Source: the human T2T-CHM13v2.0 reference genome, Homo sapiens
Reading direction: 5' to 3' (one strand)
Length of the DNA: 64,000 bases
Assembly: GCF_009914755.1 (NCBI RefSeq)
Contig: NC_060929.1
Position numbers and translations under genes: made by a program
Shown here: positions 1 through 14,300 of the stretch, piece by piece
How positions within the stretch are numbered: the first letter of the stretch is position 1
Layout: the number at the start of each line of letters is the position of its first letter
The notes under the pieces: model-generated
What the model saw: the letters and a program-made list of their open reading frames with translations, nothing else
What the model was told of the DNA's origin: nothing
The model's database searches: none

Positions 1-322
1 AGGTTTTGGTCAATGATGGATTGCATATAAGATGGTGGTCCTATAAATTTATAATATTGCATTTTCACTATACCCTTTCTATGTTTAGATACACTAACAC
101 TTACACAACTGTGTTACAATTTCTTAAAGTATTCAGTATAGTAACACGCTATGCAGCTTTGTAACCTAGGAGCAATAGGCTTTACCATATGGCCTAGGTG
201 TGTAGTAGGCTATACCACCTAGGGTTTTGTAACTACACTCTGTGTTGCTGGCACAATGTCAAAATCAGCTAACAATGCTTTCCTCAGAAAATGTATTCTT
301 GCCATTAATTGATGCTTGACTG
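1..322 (-). mobile_element. Tigger3a/MER7-type (Golem) TcMar-Tigger DNA transposon MITE, cut by window edge
   Basis: Reverse complement begins CAGTCAAGCATCAATTAATGGC..TTCTGAGGAAAGCATTGTTAG and contains GTATAGCCTACTACACACCTAGGC, as in Tigger3a; flanked by TA at 323-324. Confidence 0.8.
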
Positions 323-545
323 TATATTGAATATGGAAGCCCTAAGTTTTCAGAGTCAGACCATAACCAACAAAATGATGGCCTTTTAGAGAAAGAAACC
401 AAGGGAAGAATATGGAGATAACAAAGCAGAAAAAGAGAGGAAGATACCAGCTGTGTACAAAATGAATTATCCTTGGGACCCATAAAAATTCATGTTATTT
501 TATACCTGAATACTTTGTGTGATTGAATTGCATTTGTGTGCATGA

Positions 546-563
546 GTGTGTGTGTGTGTGTGT
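546..563. repeat. (GT)n microsatellite
   Basis: Direct reading. Confidence 0.9.
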
Positions 564-923
564 CCAATAAAAGGAGTAAATTTGGCTTCTGTACTGATGC
601 AGGCAAACAATTGCTGGTGTGTGAGAACACAGATGCCAGGAGCGGATGAATACATGTCCCTGGGAATTTGCAAACATTAAGGAGAATGCTTTGGAGTTCT
701 TCAGGTCAAGAATTTAAAGTTTCAGGTCAATTTTACCTAGATTTTTGAGGTGAACATCTCATAAATTTCTTGGCTACATCTCTTCATGCTAATCTTGAAA
801 CTTGTCAAGTGCCAGCAACAGTACATTTTTTTTTCTACTCTGCACTCTGTTACTTAGAATAAAGGTTATCACCATTATTCTTATAAATTATTATAGATGT
901 TTAAGCAGTAAAATGAATGCTGG

Positions 924-1299
924 TGTATGAGTTTGTTTTCATACTGCTATAAAGAACTGCCTGAGAGTGGATAATTTATAAAGGAAGGAGGTTTAATTAA
1001 CTCACAGTTCAGCATGGTTCGGGAGGCCTCAGAAAACTTACAATCATGGCAGAAGGTGAAGAGGAAACAAGCACCTTCGTCACAAGGTGGCTAGAAGGAG
1101 AAGTGCAAGCATGGGAAATGCCAGATGCTTATAAAACCATCAGATCTTGTGAGAACTCACTTACTATCAGGAGAACAGAATGAAGGAACCACCACCATGA
1201 TCCAATTACCTCCACCTGGTCCCACCCTTGACACTTAAGGATTATGGGGATTACAATTCAAGATGAGGTTTTAGGTGGGGCCACAGCCAAACCATATCA
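924..1299 (-). mobile_element. THE1 (THE1D-like) MaLR solo LTR
   Basis: TG...CA termini (tgtatgag...ccaaaccatatca), THE1 body, perfect 5-bp TSD GCTGG at 919-923 and 1300-1304. Confidence 0.9.
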
Positions 1300-2089
1300 G
1301 CTGGTATTGTACTTTTCAGTTTGTAAGTCAAACACCTATTTTTTTCTGAGTCATTTGACAATTTTGTAATTAAATTATATCTAATTATTTTAATTGCAAA
1401 ATGATGACACAGTCTCTTAGTTGTTAAACTACATGCCTCAGTTTTAAAAAATAAATAGTAGAATATTTTAAAATGCTATCTTACTATAGTTCTCTAAGTG
1501 ACTCATTTTTCTGGGCTATGAAAAGGTATAAACTGAAAGATTTTTTTATTCTAAAAATATATATATTGTGGGTGTAAATACATAATTTGTATTTTCGCTC
1601 TGCTGTCAAAAAATGACTCTCTTGATGGCAGTCATTTAGGTTACTGACAACTAAGTTGATGTTTTTGCTTTATTATATTTCATGGGCAATTATTATTAAA
1701 ATTATTTCCTAAAATAGGTTTCCAATATAATTCCACTCTTTTGTTTCGTGCAATAAAAATTCCATATCAAAATTTGACACAAACATATTTCTCTTCTCAA
1801 AAGACTGAAAAATAAAATCCCAGAACCTCATACCAAATATGCAGCAATATTTTTAAAATTTGTAAGTCACAAGTTTAATACTTTTTGTTCTTATTTTTCT
1901 TTAGACTTCTAGAGTAAATATGGTTGCCAGAAAATTTTTATTAATGGACTTCCAACTGCTACTTTTCTGCTTGTCCTTTTCCCAAATGCACGTATTATAT
2001 TCAGAAGATTTGTAGTTTTGCAAATACTGTTTAAACATATATCATCAAAGGTAATTCAGTATTAAGACACTTGGTTTTGATATGCTTTT

Positions 2090-2240
2090 TTAAAGCTTTG
2101 TATTATTATATAATTTTAGACTTAAAGAAGTGTTGCAAAAATTGTAAAGAGAGTTAAGGTAGCGTAACTCTACCCAGTCACTAATGTTAATAACTTAACA
2201 TAGCCATAGTACAATGACCATAACCCAGAAATTTGCTTCT
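2090..2240 (-). mobile_element. Old L1M (L1MC-like) 3' UTR fragment
   Basis: aattttagacttaaagaagtgttgcaaaaattgtaaagagagtt resembles the reversed L1MC/ME 3' end; highly diverged. Confidence 0.4.
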
Positions 2241-2643
2241 CTTGGTGATATGGAAACACGGTTAGTCTAAATTTAAGTGGATAATACATCTTGAATATTA
2301 TCATGTATAATATCAGAGAAATAATGCAGTTTAAATCAAGTTGTTACTTTGGTTGTGGTTTTCTTTTAAAATTTGGTTTACAACTAATTTATTTAGATCA
2401 TAGGATCTGATGGGGGACAGAATAATAATATTTTGTGCTTAAGATTAAATATTTATTTCAAATACTATAGTAATTTTAATTTTAACATTCTACTAAAATG
2501 TTTTCCATAGTATGAATGAGGGACTAATTTAGATTTTCTTCTCTTTTGATCACTTGACTTCTGTGGAATAGATATCTTTTGAGGATTTTACCTAATGAAG
2601 TCTCAAAAATAGATGACCACAATCAGTATCTTTACAGCAATGA

Positions 2644-2956
2644 GGCCGGGTGCGGTGGCTCACACCTGTAATCCCAGCACTTTGGGAGGCTGAGGCAGTG
2701 GATCATGATGTCAGGAGTTTGAGACCAGCCTGACCAACATGGTGAAACCCCATCTCTACCAAAAATACAAAAATTAGCCAGGCATGGTGGTGGGCACCTG
2801 TAATCCCAGCTACTCAGGAGGCTAAGGCAGGAGAATCACTTGAACTTGGAGGCAGAGGTTGAGTGAGCCGAGATTGCATCACTGCACTCCAGCCTGGGTG
2901 ACAGAGCGAGACTCCATCTCAAAATAAAAAAATAAAATAAAATAAAATAAAATAAA
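2644..2956 (+). mobile_element. AluS (AluSg-like)
   Basis: Dimeric Alu, (AAAAT)n tail, TSD AGCAATGA on both sides. Confidence 0.95.
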
Positions 2957-3056
2957 GCAATGAAAAAGCTGTTGTTCTGTACGGAATTGTTTTCCTCTAC
3001 TACGTAAAATTCATCAGTTCATCACTGAATATAAATCCTGAGTACTCTTGCCCAGT

Positions 3057-3112
<56 letters not shown>
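3057..3112. repeat. (TCTA)14 tetranucleotide STR
   Basis: Perfect run read directly. Confidence 0.95.
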
Positions 3113-3113
<1 letters not shown>

Positions 3114-3151
3114 GATATATATTAAATATATACATATATAATTTGTTCTAT

Positions 3152-3511
3152 TGATATTGATATGTTTTGGCTGTGTCCCTACCCATATCTCATCTTGAAT
3201 TCCCACATATTGTGAGAGGCGCCCAGTGGGAGTTAACTGAATCATGGGGGCAAGTTTTCCCATGCTGTTCTTGTGATAGTGAGTAAGTCTCAAGAGATGT
3301 GACGTTTTTATAAGGGGGAGTTTCCCTGCACAAGCTCTCTATTTGCCTGCTGCCCTCTGTGTAATATGTGATTTGCTCCTCCTTGCTTTCCACCATGATT
3401 GTGAAGCCTCCCCAGCCATGCAGAACTGTCGGTCAATTAAACCCTTTTTCTTGTATAAATTACCCAGTCTCAGTCAGGTCTTTATCAGCACCATGGAAAC
3501 AAACTAATACA
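3152..3511 (+). mobile_element. THE1A/B MaLR solo LTR
   Basis: tgatatgttttggctgtgtcc...actaataca; TSD TCTAT at 3147-3151 and 3512-3516. Confidence 0.9.
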
Positions 3512-4502
3512 TCTATGAACAAGTATTTTAGGTAATTGGGATAAAGAATATATCTACTATAATTTTAATATGAATTTGTTTCATCAATTGTCTAAATACT
3601 GTGAAGTAACTGTTGCAAACATTTATTTATCTGAAAATTTTTTACTCTACTGGTTATCTCTCACTCACCTCTCTAGATCTATCTCCAAGATCCTCTAGCT
3701 GCTTTGTGACTATGTGAGCAGCCCTTGGGGTCTGTTGCACAACGGCTTCTGGGCGATGGGGACTAGCTAATGGGGAGCATAGGCAAGAAATGAGAATTAG
3801 ATAGAAAGACAAGGTCAAAGTAATTATTTATTTGGCTCATTCTGTGAAGAATTACTACAAACTGGCAGCCTTTATCTTAGGGTGACCCTGACTCAGCTTT
3901 CTCTCCCTGGGTGCAAAAAATTATTCCCCCTCCCATAACTTCATTCAGGCTTAAGATACCAAATTTCCCATTCTTAGTAGTCCTATGACATTGTATTATC
4001 CACACACAGTGTGTGTGTCTGCAGGGGTTGGGGAGAGGGAAAGGAAGAAATCTAGGGAGAAACATGCAAAAAAGAGACCATGGAACATGGAGAAATCAGA
4101 AGTCAGAATTCTAGGCTTGATGGCCTCAGATAACAGAGATAAGGTAGATCACAAAGCAAGAAAATTTGCTCAGCACAAGTGGCTCTGGTACAACCTGGGC
4201 AAATTAGAAACTCATACTTTTTCTTTTTTACTTTTCTAGCTCAAGTTGTTTATCTTACTAATATGTGTCAATCTCATCACTTTTTATTCAAAATTTAAGA
4301 ATATATTTCTGCAGTTTGACCTATAACAAAATTATCTTAATAAGGGTATATTTGTTTTAAAGATACTGTTGATAAATTTTAATCCCCACTTCAATAACGT
4401 GTTGACCTTTCAACAGTAATTTTCTGAAGACATAAACCCATGGTCTATGGAAATTTCAGGCCTTGGGTCTGAATTAAATAAAAGGTGCATAGTGTAGAGT
4501 GC

Positions 4503-4790
4503 TGTAGCCAAACTGTAATGGCTCAGTGGCCTTGGAGGAACCAAGTGGTTGCCCTGGATGGACCCAGTTCTCTCCATTTTTTTGCTTGTAGTTCTCAAGG
4601 ATAACCGTAGAATGTGCCAGAATGTAACATCCTGAGATAGGGAAGAGAGGAGTTGAAACAGCTCAGGTTCTGTTCCTCTTTTCCCTAGAAATGTGATGTT
4701 TTCCAATGCTTTAGCCAGAGAGGAATGGAAATCCTGAGGTATATAACCTGGGGTGGGCCATCTTTCGAGGCTCCTCGGCTCAGTCCAGAC
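4503..4790 (+). mobile_element. ERVL-class LTR fragment (LTR47-like)
   Basis: ttgtagttctcaaggataaccgtagaatgtgccagaatgtaacatcctgagata resembles recalled LTR47-type sequence; family uncertain. Confidence 0.4.
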
Positions 4791-5131
4791 ACCCTATAAC
4801 ATTCAAGCTATAACCATTATGGTTCCATTACAGAAAACATGAAGGGTAAAATATTCAGAAAACCTGTTCTCATATCCAGTTTCTTTATTGTTTTCAGTTT
4901 CACGTGCCAGTGGCTGGTCTATTTCTTGCATGAAAGTGGGGAAAAGATTCCATCCTCAGTTATTTTTAAAAAATGACTGAGGTTTTTGCTAGTCTATTGT
5001 TTATTTTGCCTATTAGAGGACATGGAGCTTCATAACAGGTCATTCTGTTTCCAAGGGCCTGCCCAAGTTTGTGTGCTGCTAATTTGAATTTCATGGTTCT
5101 TGACTCAAGGAGAAGAGAGGTATTGGTGGAA

Positions 5132-5380
5132 AATAATCTATCCTTTATTGTGTGTTTACCACATGCTCTGCACTGTGCTAGAAGTACTGTCTAAATGCAT
5201 ATCTGTATATGTAAAGGCACACATATACTTTCTTGCCTCTCCTTTCTCCTTCTCTCATTCACAGACACACATGTACATTTTACTCTTTACCACAAATCTG
5301 TGCATAATTCAAAAGCATGGTGATTTATCTAAAGTTGCCTAACAAGTAAACATAAAGCAAAGATTTGAACTCAAGTTCTT
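5132..5380 (-). mobile_element. MIR relic
   Basis: tttattgtgtgtttaccacatgctctgcactgtgcta ... gatttgaactcaagt, degenerate. Confidence 0.4.
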
Positions 5381-7749
5381 CCACAACACACTAGAAAAAT
5401 AAGGATACAAATCACATACTCTTAATCTACTAAAAGGTGATTTTAATTTTAATAATCCGCTTTTGTAATACGTTTATCAGTTCATATAATTTTCTTATTC
5501 TAGATTTGGCTCATCTGTATTTACATAGGTGCTTTCATTACATTCTTCATTTAAAAAATAAATAAAATAGATCCATACGCATGTATTTGGAAAAAGCTGA
5601 GAAGGAAAAAAAGGGATTTATGAATAGAATCCAGCAGAAAATTAGCATGAATCAGTTAGAAAGGCAAAATGTCCAAGTGTCTGGGTCCACTAGAAGAAAA
5701 GAAAGAGTGGATAAGGAACCAACTCAATGTGAAAATGTGAGCCTGCTGGTCTAACTGGCAGGAACGCCCATGTCTCTGTAGGTGGTTCTTACAGCTTAAG
5801 AACACACACACATATATTCCAAGTAATGAATGTTTTATCATACATTTACTCCCCTTTACAATTTCAATATTTTAAATTTATAAATTTCAGAAATGTTCTC
5901 CTTAACATAAATCAACGTTTTGACTAGAAAAAATCTGCAAAATGCTTTTCTCACCACATTGAAGATGATTTCATTTTTAAATAAATGACATGCCATCAAT
6001 AAGGAGGACTGAGCTGACAAAGACAAGCCTCACTCCCAGTACAAAAACATATGTGTAACTGCTTTATTGCACAATTCATCAAAACGAATTGATTTTAATT
6101 TTTTTCTGCAATCACTGACTTCTATCATGTTTTTCTAAATCTCCCTTTTCCTTAACCAAATTGTGGGCAGCTTCCATTACTTTATGTTCATGTTCAAATA
6201 TATAAGAAGCCTATTCAAGTTTAAAATTCTACTCTATGTTCAATTAACATTAGTTATTCTTCCCATCAACACCAGCCAGGCTTTAGCAGGAAGGACTTGG
6301 GGAGGACAAGTAAACTATGTTCTTTTGCTGAGATGACTCTTCCATCTGCTCCTTTTCTTCCTCTTTCTTGTGTTTCCTCTCTGGCATATTCATGCGGGAA
6401 GGAGGAATAGATGTGAGAGGCAGGTACTTTTTACATATGTATTTGTCCACTGTTGTAGACCCCTGTCTGCTGCCGTTTCTCCTTTAAGACAGGCTTGCCT
6501 TTATGTAAGACAGGGAACGGAAGCTGTTTATCAAATGGATGACATGTGTAAATATTTCATGGGTCATGAAGGCTAAAAACCCTCTGCACAATTTTCTGAT
6601 GTGAGAAATGTAATCCAGCATGGCCTCTTTAATTCCACAACTGTCTACACTACATCTTTGTTCAGCAGCCAGCCTCCTTAGTGGTGCAGCATAAGTTATT
6701 TCAAAGTAGACTTCCTTTACAGCATCCACTTGACCGCTGGGAGATTTCCTCATCCTTAGCATTGTAAACAATTGTTTTGATGGCTACTGCACGGCTTTCT
6801 TGTATCTATACTGTTCTTTTCAATAATACTCTTTTCCAAGTTCAAATAGTCAGCCTAGAGGATAGGTAGTCAGTGTAGTGTATTAGTAGACATCCAATCA
6901 GTGAAAGAAATGTTAGTCTACATAATTGTTCCAGTCCTTTTATAAAATACAGGATAATTATTACCTATTTGTTCCCAGTTATAAATCCTAGTAGCAATTT
7001 TCATATAATGAAGATAATTCCATTTAACATGACATATAATATGAAACAATATAAAATAGCATTTTAAAGAAAAAAGAAACCCATTGATGCCAGAAACCAA
7101 GAGAAAAGAAAACACTAGAATTATATACAGACGTTAAACCCTTTTGGTTAATAGCAATATGACTGAAAACTTGCAGACTAAAGGTTTTACGTGCTACCTG
7201 GAGGGGAAGATATAGCATTCACTCTAGCAGAAGAAGGCAGTCAAAACAAAGGCCTGCTTTACTCAAAGACTAGAAAACTGAAACCACTAGATTCCTATTT
7301 AAAGCATGATAGGAGAGTTAATCAGTGGAAATAGAAACTTGGAGCCTGTACAACTCGTGGTTGTGAGGCTTGGAATTGCATTTCTACTTGGTGGTAGGTT
7401 TTCAACCCCAAAATTAAAGAATAGCCTAGAGCATGTCCAAACTCACTTGCTACATTGGAATCATGCAAGCCTGAGCTGCAAGTTGTGAAGGAATGTTTCT
7501 GGAGCCAAAGCATATGGAACTCTCTACAGAGGGAAACAACAACCACCAAAGAATACTGCCACTTAAAACTTAGCTCAAAAATAAAAATCCCACTTAATAA
7601 AGAAATAAACTATCATGACTAAAGTCATTTGCCAAAAACAGGAGAACTAGCACAAGTCAGTAATCATTTGCTGAAAAATAATATTGGTTAATTTCAGAGA
7701 ATTTAGAAATTAGAGTCAACAAAATATATAATATAAAAATTAATATAAA

Positions 7750-8334
7750 AAACAAAAAAGATCTGAGATAAAATGCGTAATGGTTCTTGTATTGTTCAGA
7801 AAGTGATAAGCATATAGAGTAACTTTCATTTTATCATAGTTGAGCATGCACATTAGTAATTTAAAAGAGACAACTAAAAATTAAAATATAATGTATTCAA
7901 AAAGTAAAATAATAAAGAAAACTTGATGTATTCAGAGGAAGGGAAGAGAGAAAAAAAATACAAACCAAAACGGTACACAAAGGAAACAAAATGACATGAA
8001 AAAAGCCCAAAGAAATCTGAAAGTACAATACATATGTAACTTCAACTTGCCTGTAAAAGAACAGTGTCACACATTGGATTTATAAACATGTTGCATGATA
8101 TTTATTAGATACATGCAGTTAACCTAATGATATAGTGAGTATGTGAGTAAAGGAATGGAAACAATGCTTTAAGACATTATATTAACATAATATTTTATGT
8201 GTATACAATTAATGCCAACATTATACCTTAGCAATATTAATATTTCTTTAAAAATAAGAATATAATTGACTATAACTGAGTGAAAAAAGGTACAGAGAAT
8301 CAGAAAGAGGTAATTAAATCCTTATGCACCAAGT
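7750..8334 (+). mobile_element. Ancient L1M relic (ORF2 endonuclease start), interrupted by L1MA2
   Basis: A-rich degenerate EN-like text ending aaatccttatgcacc (NIYAP-equivalent); appears to resume at ~15830-15950. Confidence 0.45.
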
Positions 8335-11300
8335 GAGGGGGAAAGCAAAGATGGTGAAATAAAATGCTCCACTGATCGTCCCTCCTAAAAGGACGACAAT
8401 TTAACAACTATCTACACAAAAAAGAACATTCATAAGAACCAAAAATCAGGTGACCACTAATGGTACCTGGTTTTCACTTCATGTCACTGAAAGGCACACT
8501 GAAGAGATAGGAAAAACAGTCTTGAATCATCGATGCCACCCCCTCATCGAGACACTGAACTCAGTTCTGCACTGTTATAGCAGAAAACAAAACCAGCTGA
8601 TGCCCTCCTGTGTATAAAGCATTAAAACCAACCCTAGACAGAAGGGAACTGCCAATCCCAGTGGTCCTAATCAGTTTCTGTAAGCCTAGCCACCGTGGGC
8701 TAAAGTGCTGTGGAGCCATAAATAAACTTAAAAGACAATCTAGGCCACAAGAACTGCAACTCCTAGGAGAGTCCTAGGGCTGAAGTGGGCCCAGAGCCAG
8801 TAGACTGGGGAAACATATGACCTAATGAGACACCAGCCATGGTGGCTAAGGAGGGCTGGCATTATCCACCTCCTAAATCCAGGCTGCATAGCTAACAAGT
8901 CCAAAAGGCTGCACAGCTTACAGGTCCTCCATTTGAGGAGAGGAGAGAGAAGAGTGGGGAGACTTTCTCTTGCATCTTGGGTACCAGCTTGGCCACAGCA
9001 GGGTACAGCACCAGTCAGAGTTTTGAGGCCCATTTTTCAGGCTTTAGCTCTGAAATATTTCTAGCGACACCCTACACCACAGGGAAACTTGTTGCCTTGA
9101 AGGGAAGGACCAAGTTCTGACAGAATTTATCATTTTGTAACTGAAGAACCCTTGGCTCCTGAATAATAACCAGCAAAACCCAAGTCCTATGTCAATGGCC
9201 TTAGATGAGACATCTTAGAGATGACTCTTCAAGTGACACCCAGCACATTCTCAGCTGTGATGGGGCAAGACTCTTTTAACTTGAGAGAAGTAGAGGGAAA
9301 AGTAAAGGGGACTTTGTCTTACATCTTAGATACCAACTTGGCCACAGGTGGGTAGAGCACCAAACAGGCTCTTGGGGCTCCTGATTCCAGGACTTGTCTC
9401 GGATGGCATTTCTGGACCTGTGCTAGGCCAGAGGAGAGTCCACTACCTAGGAGGGTGAGACCCAGGCTAGGAAGCATTCACCACAAACTGACTGAAGAGC
9501 CCTTTGGCATTAAGGGAACATCAGCAGTAGTCTTGAAGTACTCCTGGCTGGGGTGATATTGTCCACAGGTTGAGGCTCCTCTGCCTTTGGAAAGAGGAGG
9601 AAAGAGTGAAAGGACTGTTTTGTGGTTTGATTACCAGCTGAGCCACAATACAATAAAACACCAGGTAGACTTCTAAGGTTTTTGATTCTAGTCCCTGATT
9701 CCTAGATGGCACATCTGGACCTACCCAAGACCTAGGGTAACTCATTGCCCTGAAGGGAAGAACACAGGCCTAGCTGACTTTACCACAGGTTGATTGCAGA
9801 GCTCCAGGGCCAGCAGCCCCTGGAAGTAGCCAGGAAGTAATTATAGCAGGCCTTGGGCGAGACCCAGTGCTGTGTTGGCTTCAGGTCGAACCCAGTGCAA
9901 TCATAGGGCTGGTGGCCACAGGGGTGCTTGTGTCACTCCACCCCCCCCAACTTTAAGTAGCTCAGAACAGAGAGAGAAACTACGTATGTTTGAGAGAAAG
10001 TAGAGAAGAGAACACAGTCTCTGCCTAGTAATCCAAAGAATTTTTCTGGATCTTGCCTAAACTAACGAGGTGGAATCTCTATGAGTCTGCAAGAACCACA
10101 GCATTACCAGGCTTGGGGTACCCCCCTAAAGGATATACAGCTTAGATCATAACACCCAAGTGTTTCAAATATCTGAAAAGTCTTTCCAAGAAAGATGGCT
10201 ACAAATAAGCCCAGACAGTAAAGACTACAATAAATACCTAACTCTTCAATTCCTAGACACCAAAGAATATCTACCACCATCAACACCATCCAGGAAAATA
10301 TAACCTCACCAAATGAACTAAATAAGGCACCAGGGACCTATCCTGAACAAAAAGAGACATGTGACTTTTCATACAGAATTCAAAAGAGCTGTTGTGAGGA
10401 AACTCAAATTCAAGATAACACAGAATCTGTCAGACAAATATAACAAAGATATTGAAATAGTTAAAAAGAATCAAGCAGAAATTTTGGAGGTGGGATCTGC
10501 AATTGTCATACAGAAGAATGCATCAGACTCTTTTAATAGAAGAATTGATCAACCAGAAGAATTTGTGAGCTTAAAAACAGACTATTAGAAAATACACAGC
10601 CAGGAGAAACAAAAGGAAAATGAATAAAACACAATAAAATATGCCTAGAGAATACAGAAAACAGCCACATGAAGGCAGAGCTAAGTAATTGGACTTAAAG
10701 AGGAGGAAGAGAAATAGATAGGGGTAGAAAATTTATTGATAGGGATAATAATAAAACTTCCTAAATCTAGAGAAAGATATCAATATCCAAGTATAAGAAG
10801 GTTATAGAACACCAAGAGATTTAACCCAAAGAAGACTACCTCAAGGCATTTAATAATCAAACTTCCAAACATCAAAAATAAAGAAAGGATCCTAAAAGCA
10901 GCAAAAGAAAATAAACAAATAACATACAATGACACTCCAATATGTTTGACAGCAGACTATTCAGTAGAAACATTACAGGTCAGAAGAGAGTGGTATGACA
11001 TATATAAAGTGCTGAAGGAAATAAATGTTTACTCTAAAATAGTAGATCCAACAAAAGTATCCTTCAAACATAAAGGTCAAATAAAGACTTTCACAGACAA
11101 CAAAAGCTGAGAGATTTCATCAACACCAGACTGTCCTGCAGAAAATGCTAGAGAGTACTTCAAAGTATGCTAATGAGCAATAAGAAATCATCTGAAGGTA
11201 CAAAACTCATTGACAATAAAAAATACACAGAAAAGCGTGGTAACTTGTGGTGTATACACTCTCTTATCTTAAGTAGAATGACTAAACAATGAAACAATAA

Positions 11301-14300
11301 AAAATAATAGCTACAATAAATTTTCAAGACATACACAATACAATTAGATATAAATAAAAACAACAAAAAGGTAAAAAGCTGATGGACAAAGTTAAGGTAG
11401 ATAGTTGTTATTAGTTTTCTTTTTGTTCATTTGTTGCATGTTTGTTTTTCTTTGTGCTTGTTTGTTGGCTTGTTTATGCTTGTTTTATTTTTGCTTATTT
11501 GTTGGCTTATTTGTTTAGGCAAACAATATTAAGTTGTTAAGTTGGTATCACTCTAAAATAATGGTTTATAAGATAGTGTTTTCAAGCCTCACAGTAACCT
11601 CAAACCAAAAAACCTTTTCTAAAATCATCTTCTCTAAAAGGAAGACAGGAAAGAAAGAACAAAGGAAGAAAAGATAACAAAATAAGTATAAAATAAGTAA
11701 CAAAATGGCAGGAGTAAGTCCTTACTCATCAATGGCAACATTGAATGTAAATAGACTAAACTCTGCAATCAAAAGACATAGACTAGCTGAATGAATGAAA
11801 AAGCAAAACCCAATGATCTGTTGTTTACAAGAAACACACTTCACCTATAAAGACACTCAAAGACTAAAAATAAAAGGATAGCAAAAGATATTCCATGCAA
11901 ATAGGAACCAAAAAAGAGCAGGAGTAGCTATACTGATATCAGAAAAAGTAGATTTCAAGACAAAAACTATAAGAAGAAAGTTGTCAGTTCAGCAAGAGGA
12001 TATAACAATTTGAAATATATATGCACCCACCACTAGAGCAACCAGATTTGTAAAGCAAATATTACTAAAGAGAGAGATAGTCACCAAAGCAATACTAGTT
12101 GGAGACTTTAGCACCCCACTGTCAGCTTTGAACACATCTTTCAGAAAGAAAATCAACAAAGAAACAACAGACTTAATCTGCACTATAGATCAAATGGACC
12201 TAACAGAAGTTTACAGAACATTTCATTCAAGGATGCCAAATATACATTCTTCTCCTCAGCACATGGATCATTTTCAAGGATAGACCAGATGTTAGGTAAC
12301 AAAACAAGTCTGAAAACATTCCAAAATTTTTTTTAATCATTTCAAGCATCTTCTCTGACTACAGTAAAATAAAACTAGAAATCAATAAAAAGAAGAATTT
12401 TGGAAGCTACATAAACACATGGATATTAAACAATATATACTCTTGAATGACAAGTGATTTAATGAAATTCAGAAGGAAATTTAAAAATTACTTCAAACAA
12501 ATGATAATGGAAACACAACATACCAAAACCTATGGGATACAGAGAAAGAAGTGCTAAAGGGAATATTATAGCTATAAGTACCTACATCAAAAAAGAGAAA
12601 AAAAAATTTCACATAAACAACCTAATGATGCATCTTAAAGTATTAGAAAAGCCAGAGCATATCAGACCAAAATTAGTAGAAGAAAAGAAATAATAAATAT
12701 TATAGCAGAAATAAATAAAATCAAAGTCTATAAAGCAATACAGAAAATCAGGGAAACAATAAGTTGATTTTTTTAAGTTAAAACTAGACTGAAAACCTCT
12801 AGCCAGACCAACTAAGAAAAAAAGGGAGAAGATCTAAATAAATAAAATCAGAGATGAAAAAAAGGCATTACAGCTGATACCAGAGAAAGTCCAAGGGTCA
12901 TTAATGTCTACTATTAGTAACTATATGTCAATAAATTAGAAAATCTAGAGGAAATGGGCAAATTCCTAGGCACATAAAACCTACCAAGACTGAGCCACAA
13001 AGAAATCCAGTGTCTGAACAGGCCAATGACAAGTAATGAGATTAAAGCCATAAAAAATAATCTCCAGTAAAATAAAAGTCTGGGACCCGATCGTGGGATG
13101 CTAAGTTTTACCAAACATTTAAAGAAAAATTAATACCAATCCTACTCAAACAGTTCTAAAATATTGAGAAGGAGATAATACTTCCAAAATCATTCTATGA
13201 AGCCAGAATTACCCTGATACTAAAACCAGGCAAAGACACTTCAAAGAAACAAAACTACAAGCCAATATCTCTAATGAATATTGATGCAAAAATTCTCAAC
13301 AAAATACCAGCAAACAAAATTCAACAATACAATTAAAAGATCATTCATCATAACAAGTGGGATTTATCCTTGGGATGCAAGGATGGTTCAACATATGGAA
13401 ACCATCATATCAACAGAATGAAAGGGACAAACAACCATATGATAATTTTACTTAATGCTGAAAGAGCATCTGATAAAATTTAACATCCCTTCAGGATAAA
13501 AGCCTTAAAAAAAACTGGGTATATAAGCAGCATACCTCCACAAAATAAAAGCCATGTATGACTCACCCACAGCTAGTATCATACTGAGTGGGGAAACACT
13601 GAAAACCTTTGCTCTAAGATGTGGAACATGAAAACGATGCCCTTTTTACCGCTGATATTTAAAATAGTACTGGAAGTCTTACCTAGAGCAATCAGACAAG
13701 AGAAAGATATAAAGGACATCCAAATTGAAAAAGAAAAAGTCCAGTTACCTTTGGTTGCTGATGATATTATATTTTGAAAAACCTAAAAACTCCAAAAGAA
13801 AACTAGTAGAATGGACAATTGACAAAAAAATTCAGTAACGTTTTAGGTTATGAAACCAACATACAAACATCAGTAACATTTCTATATGCCAACAATGAAC
13901 AATATGAAAACAAAATAAAAAAGTAATCCTATTTACAACAGCCACACATATAATTAAATATCTGAGAATTAACCTAACCAAAGAAGTGAAAGATTTCTTT
14001 AATGAAAACTATAAAACACTGATGAAAGAAATTGAATAAGACACCAAAAATAAGAAAGATATTCCATGTTCACAGATCACAAGAATCCATATTTTAAAAA
14101 TGTCCATAATACCCAAAGTCATCTACAGACTCAATGCAATTCCTATCAAAATACCAATGACATTCTTCACAGAAATAAAAAAAGTACTAAAAGTCATACG
14201 AAACCACAAAAGACCCATAATAGCTGAAGCTATCCTAAGCAAAAAGAACAAAACTGGAGGAATCATATTACCTGACTTTAAATTACTACAGAACTATTTT

